Of a stretch of DNA of 64,000 nucleotides, positions 45,001 through 54,560 are shown in pieces. The notes under the pieces were generated by a model. It was not told where the DNA came from. It was given only the letters and a program-made list of their open reading frames with translations, and did no database searches. Where the stretch lies: NCBI GenBank assembly GCA_013239625.1, contig MU053881.1, forward strand, positions 2,356,001 to 2,420,000. Reading direction: 5' to 3'. The position numbers were made by a program, and so were the translations under genes. How positions within the stretch are numbered: the first letter of the stretch is position 1; every line of letters begins with the position of its first letter. This DNA comes from Lama guanicoe. Lineage: Eukaryota.

Positions 45001-46875
45001 CTGGTTGGCGCCCCTCTGGGGCCCTGGACAAATGAGAGCCACTTGTAACACGACAGGCGGGTGCGGCGGACTAGATCTCACGCTGCCCAAACTCAGCCCT
45101 GGTGTGCGCACATCTGGGTTACTGTGGGCCTCCTTCTCTGGGCTCTCTCTCTGCCCGGCACCACTCCCCACAGTGCAAGTGTGGCTGCAGCCTCCTCCTC
45201 CTGTTGACCACAGGCTCCACTCCCACTTCTGCCGCCCGAAGCTAAGCTGCTGGCCGGCCTGCCGTTCCCTGCATTTGTCCTTCGGCCTGAAAAATGGTTG
45301 TTTCAGGTGCTTCTAAGACTGAGGTCACCCACCCTCAGGGAATCCCTCCTGGGCTGCCCACTCCCTCCTTCATGGAGCATGGGCCACCCCTCTGGGCCTG
45401 TGGTCCCCTGCCCGACCTTGGTGTCAGTGTGAGTTGTCCTGGTCACCACCTGCCTGTTCCTGTGACTTGGGCCTCATGCCCGTGGCCGTAACCCACACAG
45501 AATCTGTGTGCTGTGTGTCTCAGGCTGGCTTAATCTCCATGGGAAGGGGCTCAGGACTTAACCTGACGGCTTATCACAAAGCATCAAGGCAAAGGGAGAG
45601 GTAATGAGCTTAACTGGGGTCCAGTTAGTGAGGAGGAGAGGCTGCTGTGAGCTCTGCTGGGCCTGCACTTGGGGAGCAGGGAACCCGGACAACAGCTCTC
45701 TGCCCCTGCAGCCTAAGGCTGGGGGTGGGGAGTGAGGTGTCCCACAGAAGGGGCACTTCTTGGGTCTGCCCTCCTGTCAGTCCCCCACACTGGCCCTGAG
45801 TGTCACCCATAGCTCTGGCCATGTCACTTGGCAGTTCGAAATCCCACAGGACAGTGTCCTGACTCCAGAGCCCGATGGGTGGGGCTCCTGGATGGCACCA
45901 TTGCACACCCGTGCACACTCACAGCCTCCTTGAAGACCCCTGACCTGCAAGCCAGCCTATCTGCCTCCAGGCCTTTGCTCGTGCTGTGTCCCTTCCCTGG
46001 AGTGGCTGGACACCCTTCCCCTGTTCTCTCCCAGACTAGTCCCCTCGGTTTACACATTGCCTTCTTTGAGGAGCCTCCCTGGGCAGTGACAGCCCCCAGG
46101 ACTCACTGAGAGGTCACCATGCTGCCCTCCTCTCTGCAGGGTTCCCAGCTCGGGAGTGGGTGCTCAGGGAACGTGCGAATGAATGAATGAACAAACGGAT
46201 GCATAAAGAAAAATCACAGAACGTGACATCCATGAGCCCTTCCATCATCTGGGACCCACTCCCTCCAAACCCCCTTTCTCTCCAGCACCACTCACCAGGC
46301 TGCCTGTGGGCCTGCCTGGGCTCAGATGCAGCAGCAGGGACCTGCGCCTCCATCCACAGCTCCCGGGGGCATTTCCTCTTACTCCCCTACCAAGTGGTGA
46401 GGTCTGGGGGGGCAGGCCTCCCAGGGAAGGCCTTGGTGTATACACGGGGGTGCTAGGTGTGGGAGTCCTGCCTCTCCTGGGGACCTGGGCTGGTGCGCAC
46501 GGGGCTGGCTACTTACACCCTGGCCTCCCGCTCACAGGCATGTAGCCGGGGCAGTGGCCCCTCTCTGGGCCTCCACTGCCTCTGAGGTAGAGATCGCTTC
46601 CCCTTCAAGGGGCCCCACCCGGTGCCCCAGCCCGGCCTCACCGCTGCTCCCGTCTGTGCTGCGCTCAATCACGTGGTCCACCTGGCGCACCCACTCCCCG
46701 TTGCACTTGAAGAAGATCTGTGTGGCAGGCGTGGCCTTGCACACCAGCAGCACCGGCTTGTTCTTGACGATGTACACGTCCTCGGGCTCCACCAGGAAGT
46801 GGGGAAGCAGGTCTGGGTTGGAGCCGGGCACCGGGTTGGGCACCGGGTTGGCCACCGTGGCACTTTGCTGGGCAC
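32879..46875 (-). CDS. UNC5A: Netrin receptor UNC5A, exons 2-16 (Ig, Ig, TSP1, TSP1, TM, ZU5, UPA, death domain); signal-peptide exon 1 outside window
   Basis: Spliced translation [13 protein letters not shown]...[21 protein letters not shown]...[17 protein letters not shown]...[14 protein letters not shown]...[17 protein letters not shown]...[19 protein letters not shown]...[10 protein letters not shown]; 15 exons, 2639 nt, phases consistent. Confidence 0.98.
33279..33457 (-). CDS. UNC5A: UNC5A exon 15 (death domain N-part)
   Basis: cccag|GAC ACA AGA...GAC AG|gtgggt. Confidence 0.95.
34117..34281 (-). CDS. UNC5A: UNC5A exon 14 (UPA)
   Basis: cccag|GAG GTC CCC TTT TAC...ACC AAG|gtgggc. Confidence 0.95.
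34366..34515 (-). CDS. UNC5A: UNC5A exon 13 (UPA)
   Basis: ctgcag|GAG GTG GTG...TAC CAG|gtgagg. Confidence 0.95.
34624..34857 (-). CDS. UNC5A: UNC5A exon 12
   Basis: cgcag|GAC GTG CTG CAC...CTC AAG|gtaccc. Confidence 0.95.
34978..35146 (-). CDS. UNC5A: UNC5A exon 11 (ZU5)
   Basis: cttgag|G TTG CCC CTA...TGG GAG|gtgagc; [20 protein letters not shown]. Confidence 0.92.
35397..35484 (-). CDS. UNC5A: UNC5A exon 10 (ZU5)
   Basis: cgcag|GC ATC AGC CTC...GTG AG|gtgtgg; [23 protein letters not shown]. Confidence 0.95.
36580..37760 (-). mobile_element. L2 LINE remnant in UNC5A intron 9
   Basis: gaggtcaaggtgaccccagtttctgatctgagcaact...tgtgagacatcccaggaggcagctggg...ggcgattaaagccacagagtgggcgagatcgcctggggagag. 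Confidence 0.65.
38187..38489 (-). CDS. UNC5A: UNC5A exon 9
   Basis: ttgcag|AT AAT CCT CAT...ACA G|gtggga. Confidence 0.95.
38596..38784 (-). CDS. UNC5A: UNC5A exon 8 (transmembrane)
   Basis: ctgcag|CT GCT TCT...GCA G|gtagga; [29 protein letters not shown]. Confidence 0.95.
39762..39926 (-). CDS. UNC5A: UNC5A exon 7 (second TSP1 repeat)
   Basis: tctag|TG GAC GGC AGC TGG...CAC A|gtgagt. Confidence 0.95.
40490..40657 (-). CDS. UNC5A: UNC5A exon 6 (first TSP1 repeat; phase 1-1 cassette)
   Basis: gccag|TG AAC GGT GGG TGG...CCA G|gtacca; [28 protein letters not shown]. Confidence 0.92.
41346..41526 (-). CDS. UNC5A: UNC5A exon 5 (Ig2)
   Basis: cccag|GTG GAG TGG...TAC G|gtgggc; [13 protein letters not shown]. 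Confidence 0.95.
41685..41788 (-). CDS. UNC5A: UNC5A exon 4
   Basis: cccag|AT TTG CGC AAG...GCC GAG|gtgaga; [14 protein letters not shown]. Confidence 0.95.
42027..42170 (-). CDS. UNC5A: UNC5A exon 3
   Basis: ctcag|GG CTG CCC GCC ATG GAG...GCC T|gtgagt; [14 protein letters not shown]. Confidence 0.95.
46642..46875 (-). CDS. UNC5A: UNC5A exon 2 (Ig1 N-part)
   Basis: ctgcag|GT GCC CAG...AGC G|gtgagg on the - strand. Confidence 0.95.
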
Positions 46876-47476
46876 CTGCAGTGGGGGCAAAAGGGGCAGG
46901 TGAGCCAAGACTAGACTTTTGGGGCCCTCCCAGGGCTCCCTGCCTGTTCAGGGGCCAAGGCCAGGCCACGGGGAGGCCGCCAGTGGGGCTGATGGGAGGA
47001 GAGTGAGGCCAGGCTCTGCCACTTCCAGTCCGGCAACTGGGGCTGCTGAATGCCCCCTATGCCTCAGTGCCCCCCTCTGTAAAATGGGGGAAGAAGCAGG
47101 CCACCCACGTGTGAAGACCGTGGAGACGAAGTGAGACAGAGGTGGAAGTCCCAGCACACGGCAGCGGTCAGGGCTCACTGCTACCCTGGTAGAAGTGCAG
47201 GGGTCTGGTGAGGCAGCCCACTGCCCTGGGAGGCCCGGGGGAGAGCTGGAGGGGGGCAGGGGATCCTGAGAGGGCAGGAGTCCCTTCCTCTGGTGCCCTG
47301 GCTGCCTCGGGGGTTGCTCCCCATTCCTGGCCCCTGCACGTAGTGGGTGCTGAGAAAAGACCAAGTGAATGAAGGAGGGGAGGAGGCTGTGGCGGGTGCA
47401 GATGCGACGGGTGCCGGTGGCAGTGCCGTAGGAGAGGCCCCTGGGAGAGGCGGGGTGGGGCGGGGCTGCGCTGCTG

Positions 47477-47632
47477 NNNNNNNNNNNNNNNNNNNNNNNN
47501 NNNNNNNNNNNNNNNNNNNNNNNNNNNNNNNNNNNNNNNNNNNNNNNNNNNNNNNNNNNNNNNNNNNNNNNNNNNNNNNNNNNNNNNNNNNNNNNNNNNN
47601 NNNNNNNNNNNNNNNNNNNNNNNNNNNNNNNN
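47477..47632. other. Assembly gap (156 N) in G/C-rich sequence
   Basis: N run seen directly. Confidence 0.99.
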
Positions 47633-50600
47633 GGGGCGAGCCTGTGCTGCTGGGTGGGCCGGGTGGGAGCTAGGGGAGTGTGCCTGGGAGCCCGAGGGAC
47701 CTGAGCCACGCCCCACCCTTCAAGGAGACCTGAATATGGGTTTCCTTCTAATTTTAACTGAAATCCACAACCATCCCACAAGTCATTTGTTGCTAATTAC
47801 ACAGGTAATTGGCTCTGAGGCTTTGGTGGAGGTAAGCCCTCACAGCAGTCTGACCGTCTGCTCAACCAACGGGACCCTGAGGGGGTGGAAGGGAGGGGAG
47901 GGGAGGGGAGGGGAGCACTCTCAGCCTCCACACCCCGCTGTCCACCAGACAGGCTCCCCACAGCCTGGCCTCTGCCAGGGCTGCGGTGATTTCCCCCAAC
48001 CCACACAGACAGCCAACAGGGGCCTCTGGGGATAAAGAGAGGAAAGCTTGGGCTTCGGAGATCCATCTGCTCCCTGCTACTGGTGACCTTGGGCATGTTA
48101 CCTGCTTCGTCATCTGTGACACCTGTGGAGGTCTCGTCTGCCCCGTGGGGGAGTCTCGGGATGCCTCACGCAGTTGGCCTCCTGTCTCCAGGGCCCTCCC
48201 TGTGGGCAGCCCAAAACCACGGAGGGCTGGCTCCTTGGGCACAGGGGGCATCCACGCTGCCCCTTCTCTCCTGATTGCACAGGGACCCTCTCTTTCCAAG
48301 GTGGGAGCCTGCCCCTTCCACCTGAAGACCGTGATTCTGGGGACATTTGTGCCTGGTCCTGCAGGTGAGCAGGGAATGTCCGCAGAGGCTGAGAAACCCG
48401 GTGTGACTTCAGGTAACCACTCCCACTGCCCCGTTCCCACCCTGTTTCCTTGCCTACAAAATGGGGTACCCAAGTCTTAGGGCTGACGTGAGAATGAAAT
48501 GCAAAAAGGCACAGTGCTCAGTAAATGCTGGCTGCTATCCGTACGCCGTGGTTTTGCACCGACAATGACAAACGGCTCCGTCTCTCTCAGTAACCTCCCC
48601 CCCGGCCATCTCCTCAGGGGTGAGGGCTGATGGGGAAACAGGCACAGAGCTAGTAGGTGCCCTGCCCTCGGGCTGGGGGAGTCGTGCTCTCGTGTGGCAG
48701 GGACGTGGGGCGGTCTCTAGCAGTGGGCTCACCCACCCCTCCCCCGGCCCCTCCCCAGCCTGCCTCTGCCTTTTGTGACCTCCCTTTGACAGCCGTCCCC
48801 ATCTCCCGCACTTCCTGCTGCTCTGTGATGAAGGCTAAGCCCCCGGGAGCCACACCAGCAGCTGGGAAGATGCAACTCACCTTGTTCCGCCACCTGTTTT
48901 AGGTTAGGAAGGTGGGGATGCAGGCAGAGGGGAGGAGCCACCTGGATGCCTTACAGATGGGGAATCCAAGGCCTGAGGGAGAAGTCCCTTACCCAGGCCC
49001 CCGGCTCCAGCCCTGGACTCCCGGGGGCCGCCTCCTGGCCCTTTGTTGTGACATTTGCTTCTTCACTGTCACTGGCAGCCACTTGCCAGTCCCTGACCCA
49101 GGCAGCAGGCTCAGCCAGGGCAGAGCTGAGTGGCGCTCAGGCCTCCCGAGGTCGGGAGAGTGAGTGGGAGGGCGGGCTCCTTAGTGTGGATCTGGAGCGG
49201 GGAGCTTGAAAGTCCAGGGGCCTCTCTGGACACTTACTGGAGACATCACAGCAACAGTGCAGACCCTAGGGCCGCCCAGAGGAAGAGGAAGCCTGACCCC
49301 TGAGCAGGGCCCACAGCGGGCTCGGGGAAGGTGTCATGGGCTCCAGAAGGGCACGGGAGACCACCTGGGGCAGCTTCCCGGCCTGCCCACGCCTCACCTG
49401 GCTGAGTCTCAATGTGATGGCTGGGGACTGGGTAGGCAGGGGTCCCGGCTCAGGGTGTGGGCCTGGGAGTGGGCACGTGGCCCCCCAGCTTCCCTATCGA
49501 TCACTGCGCCAAGCACTGCTCGCGTCAGCCGCCCGCTGAACCCAGCCCAATCCCTCATGTCTGCATTTAACTGCTAATGAAAAATAAATGTACTGTGACC
49601 AATAAGGGACATAGCTCACTTCTCCCAGGCCTCCGCCACGCCACGCTGGGGAGGTCTCCCCTCCTCCACCCCTGGGGTCAGGGATTTATCCGGTGGATCA
49701 AGGGGCCCCCTCCAGGCTGCGGTGATGCCCTCCAGCAAGGTCACTCTAAGGCCATGGGTGGGGGTAAGTTCAGCCCCTCTTAGGGCTGCTGGAAGCTTCC
49801 TGGGTGGCCAGAGCTGGCTTCCGCTCCCTCTCGCCCCGAGTCCACTATGTGACCTCCACCCTCCACCCTCCACCTTGCTATTGCGATCTGCCCACCCCTC
49901 TCCCTGTCCCGGTTAGGCCTCTCGCCTGGACTAAAGCACAGTAACAGCCTTGGATCTCCCCTGCTCCACACCGCAGGCCACTGGAGTAAGTGGTCTTCCC
50001 TTGGATATGAATCATGTTCTTGTCTATTAAAGATAACACCAAGCAGTGCATGCTCGGTGCCAAGAGACACATGAGCCTTTCAAAAGGGCATGGACTCTAG
50101 TTTACTGCAGTCCCCACCACTCCCTATTGCCTCACCCCAGGCCTGCTGCTTCTGTTACCATTGCCTGCCTGGCTCCCGTGGGCGTTTCAGGAAGGAACCA
50201 AGTGCCTTTGACTGGTAGCCTTGGGTCTTCCATTCTGGCCCAGTCCCTTCTCCCAGAAACACTCACTGATCCCTCCTAGGTGCTGCCGCCCACCTCCAGG
50301 TCTCTGTCCAAGCTCTGCTCTCTGGCTGAGCTACCCTTCCCTCTCTGCTGTCACTTCTGGACAGAGGGCTGCCCCACCTCACTCTCCCAGGAAACCACAC
50401 CCAGCATTTTACCCCCTCTGCATCTAGGACCCATCCTCACTGGTGCTGTAGCTCATATGACAGGAGAAGCAAGTGTGTGGCTGAGGCCTCTGTCCCCACC
50501 ACCAGTCTATCCTTCCTGGCTGCCAAGCTCAAGGCGGCCTAGGGCCAGTGTTCACGAGTGGGGACTCAGATTGGGGTGCCTATTGCTCCTCCCTTTTGGC

Positions 50601-53600
50601 TGTGAGGTGATAAACACAGAAGGAAGGCTTGGCCAAAGCAGATGCACTGGGGCTGGGAGAGCAGGCACTGCCACATCCTGGACTCCGCCCCCTGGCTCCC
50701 CAGAAGCTCCGTCTGCCACACCCTGGCCAAGTCTCTCCGACCTGCCCAGCCACCCTCTTGGAATTCAGTTGGAAGACTTCTTTCACTGACTAGAGAATCC
50801 CTGATGGGCTCTTGGTCACTGAGAACTGCAGATGGGGCTGTACAAATGCTCAGGCCCTAAAGTGGGAACCCCACTTCCAGCGAGTCCTGGGGCAAGCCAG
50901 CCAGCCCCCATCTGTCTCAGGAGGGCACTGGCTGCTCAGTCAGCCGCAGCTGGCACCCATGCTCGAGTCTGTGCCACACTCAGGACTGGAGTGAATTTGT
51001 TTGCATGCTGCCTCCTCCACTAGAGCATGAATTCACTTGGGGCAGGAGCCCAGGTCTGGCCTTGATACTGATGGAATGTTTGTTGAGTGACTAACTAACC
51101 ACCCCTTGTTTTCCCTTGAACTTCTGAAGATTTGCCTAAGGACGGCCCCCTTCACTCATGTCCTGCAGGGAGACCCAGAGAGAGCCCAGGGTGGCCCACA
51201 GGCAGAGCTGCGGGCTGGGAGAGGGCTCTGCGCTGTGGGCCGCCCGCTGCCACACATGCTGCTGCTCTGAGGTGGAGCTCCTCTTTCTCACTTGCAGTCT
51301 GGGTTGATAAGACCTCCTCGTGTAACTCTGAGGCCCAGGGTGGGTGTGAAAGTGCTTTCAAATGTTTTATTTTTAAAAGCACCACGAAAATACGAGGTGT
51401 GATTAATCTAGCTATTAATGAACTCGTATTTACCGAGAGAGGCCTCGGTCCCTGGGAGCAGGGTGTCACCGGGCCTCACCCACCTGGGAGATGTGAGGAC
51501 TGCTTCCCAAGAGCAGTCCTGCCCAGCCCTGCCCGCAACTTGCTCCTTTCACCCTCCCAACAGCCCCAGCGTAGGTGTCCAGGGACTTGGCGGGGGGTGT
51601 GTGTGTGTGGGGGGCAGCGAGCCCTTGCTTCTGCCACTTCCCTGAGAAATGTTCTGGATTTGCAGTGGCGGGGGGTGGTGGGGGCCTGGCAGCCTCCGTC
51701 TCTCTTTTCCTGGCTGTACCCCCGGCACTACACCCCATCACCCCTGGGCACCTTTACTCCCAGCCTTTATGGCCTGGAGGTGTGCATTTGGTAGGTCCAT
51801 TTGGGCCCTGGGCGTCCTGCTCCACCGGCCCAGGCAGGAGAGGAGAGTCCACAGGACGCCCTTCGCCTGGCGTTCCAGGCTCTGCTGGCCCAGGGCCTGA
51901 GCTGCCACCTGGCCTCACCTCCAGGCCCTCCCTTCACAGGCGCCCTGTGGGGCTGCATCTTGACTACCTGCAGTTCTGCAAAGGCTTGTGCACATTCCAT
52001 CCTGGGCCCTGCGTCCCTCCCCTATTTGGCTAACAGAGCCCGATGTTCTGCAGAGGATCTCTCACCCTCGCTCCACTCAGTCCATATGGTCATTTGGTCC
52101 AGGTGGGCCGACCCCATCTCTGGCCTCAGAGACAGTGCAGTCAGTGGTTCCCAGACAAGCAGGTCACGCCATCTCAGTACACGGAATTTCGGGATTTGGG
52201 TTCAGCTGCCAGGAAGAGACACCTCTCTTTTTGCTGGGCCAGTCCTGCAGGCCTTGCAGGCCACAGACGGCCAAGTGAAAGGGGAGGCCGTCCGCGGGTC
52301 TGAAGCAGGGGCTCGGAGAATGACGACAACCAGGGAAGAGATTTGAGGCCTGGGGTCCCAAGAAGCCGGAAGGCAGAGCCACCCCTCGATTCTTTTCTTT
52401 GCCTCAAGCCAGTTGGAGGGAGGATTTTTTCATCGCATTGACCCATCCATCCTCTGCTCCCTGCCTGAGTGACTTCTACTTGTCCCTCGAGGACTGCTCA
52501 AACACCCCCTCCTCCAGGTGACACGCCACCTCTGAGCTCTCACATCTCCTGGCTGAACTTGTCTCAGTGCCTCACACGTCATACGGTCACCAGAAAAGTG
52601 TCAGTGCCTTGAGGGCAGGAACAGAATGGTGACATCCCCCGACCCCTCGAGCATCCCCAGAGCCTGGGCAGGCTCTGACACATGGTGCATAGTGAATGCC
52701 CAGCAAGTGTTTGTTGAGTGAATGTTGAACATCATTCCCTTGACCAGGACCAGAGCCCAGAAAGGAGTTTTGAAATTGGACACACAGGTTGGCTGGGAGC
52801 CAGCTCACCTTCCAATCAACCAGTCAATCAACTGATTCTTAGAAACACCCATGCTGGCCCTTGAGGGGGCAGAGGCTGGTGTGCAGGGCCAGGGGAGATG
52901 GGGGGGGGGAGGAGGGAGACGTGGGGACAGTGGTGGGGGCTGGGCCAACAGAGGAAGGGGGATTTGCGCTCTCCTGACCAGCTACTCACCTGCGGCCTGA
53001 GACAGCTTTGTGAGTTACGATTTTTTAAATGTGGGCAATTTTATGATGAGGGCGCTTCACTAGGAGACTCTGATAAGCAGGGTTGGAATCCACACTTGCT
53101 GCTGGAGACAGAAGCAGGGTGGAGGGAGTGGAGGAACGGTGGGCGGGAGGCCCTGAGACGACAGATCTGAGGGCCACACGAAGAACCCTGAGGTTCCAGG
53201 TGGCAAATAAGAGGTGTGGCCCTGCCTGGTGGGGATGACAGGGTGCCACGGGGCCAGAGCAGGCTTCGGGGGGCGCTCCAGAATTCTTCCAAATCCAATG
53301 TGTGAAAAACCTCTGTGCTGCCCACCAGCTACTTCTGGGCACACTGACTACTACAAATCCCCAGACAGACCCCTGTTTCTTGAGCCTCAGTTTCCTTGTT
53401 CGGGGCAAACAGCAGTGACCCAGCACCAGGACGAGGTGGGTCAGGGGTGCCACCCCACCCAGGGGCTTCACCAATATTTCTCTTCTTTCCCTTTCCTCCT
53501 TTCCTGGTCCCTTGGTCCATCCCTCAGTCAGCTGTCTCCCTGGCTGTCCTTCCACATGGCACAGGACTTCCCAGAGGGCAGGGCCGGGTCTGAGCCCAGG

Positions 53601-53739
53601 CCCCTCACCCCAGTGGTCAGGGGGCAGGCAGGGGGTGGAAGCGGCAGGCGGGGTGACAGCCCCTCGCAGTGGCCCTCGGAAGGGAGGGCTGCTCCCAGAC
53701 CCACGCTCACACACATACACACGAGTGCGCGGCGCTCCG

Positions 53740-53753
53740 GTTTCCATGGTAAC
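53740..53753. promoter_or_regulatory. RFX X-box
   Basis: GTTTCCATGGTAAC fits the palindromic X-box GTTNCCATGGNAAC. Confidence 0.6.
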
Positions 53754-54149
53754 GCTTGTGTGAAAGTGTCACAGAAGCAGCAGCTACCTCACCAAGACTG
53801 GAAGAAAGTCACCCTCTTCCCCACTGGGCTCTAGGGACCTGGTCACCAGGACAGACAGAGGTGCCAGGAGGAGGACGTGCAGACAGGCTCAACTGCAGAG
53901 AACAAAGCGGTCAGAGACAGTGCCACTTTAGCAGCTCAGAGGATGGTCACACCATGTGGGGCACGTGGCTGGACCAGCCTGCCCACCAGCTGCTGCAGAC
54001 CAGGCTTGTCCTCTGGCAGCTGCACTCAGGTGCCCTCTAGCTGCCCCTTGTCCTTGTCACAGACAAGGAGCATGAAGCTCAGGGCTTCCCTAAGGTCACA
54101 CGGCCACAGAGGGCAGGTGGGCTTCTGGGCAGTTTCTGGACCAGGACCT

Positions 54150-54560
54150 GGCCCCTGATCACTCTGCTTACCCTCGACTTCTCTGCCTCTCAAACCTTCC
54201 AAGCTCATCCCACCCCAGGACCTTTGCACTTGCTCCCTCCTTTGCCTGCAACATGCTGCCCCCTGTTCTTCCACAGCTGACTCCCTTGAATCCCTCAGGT
54301 CTCAGCTCTACCTTCCTCCAAGAGGCCCTCCCTGACTGCCATGTCTGAAGTAGGCCCTTCTAACCACCCCGTTCCGTCTGTTTTCCCCGTAGGGCTCACC
54401 CCTACCTGAAGTCATCTTGTTTGTGTGTTTGTTGGCTGGTGCCCCTTTCCCCTGAAATGTGTCACGATGGCGGGGATCACACCTTTCCTGTTCACTGCTA
54501 TAGTCTCAGGCCTGGCACCCAGTAGGTGTTTGATAAACGTGCTGAATTCACGAATGAACA
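54150..54560 (+). mobile_element. L2 3' end
   Basis: caggacctttgcacttgctccctcc...tgttcactgctatagtctcaggcctggcacccagtaggtg...gaatgaa. Confidence 0.7.
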
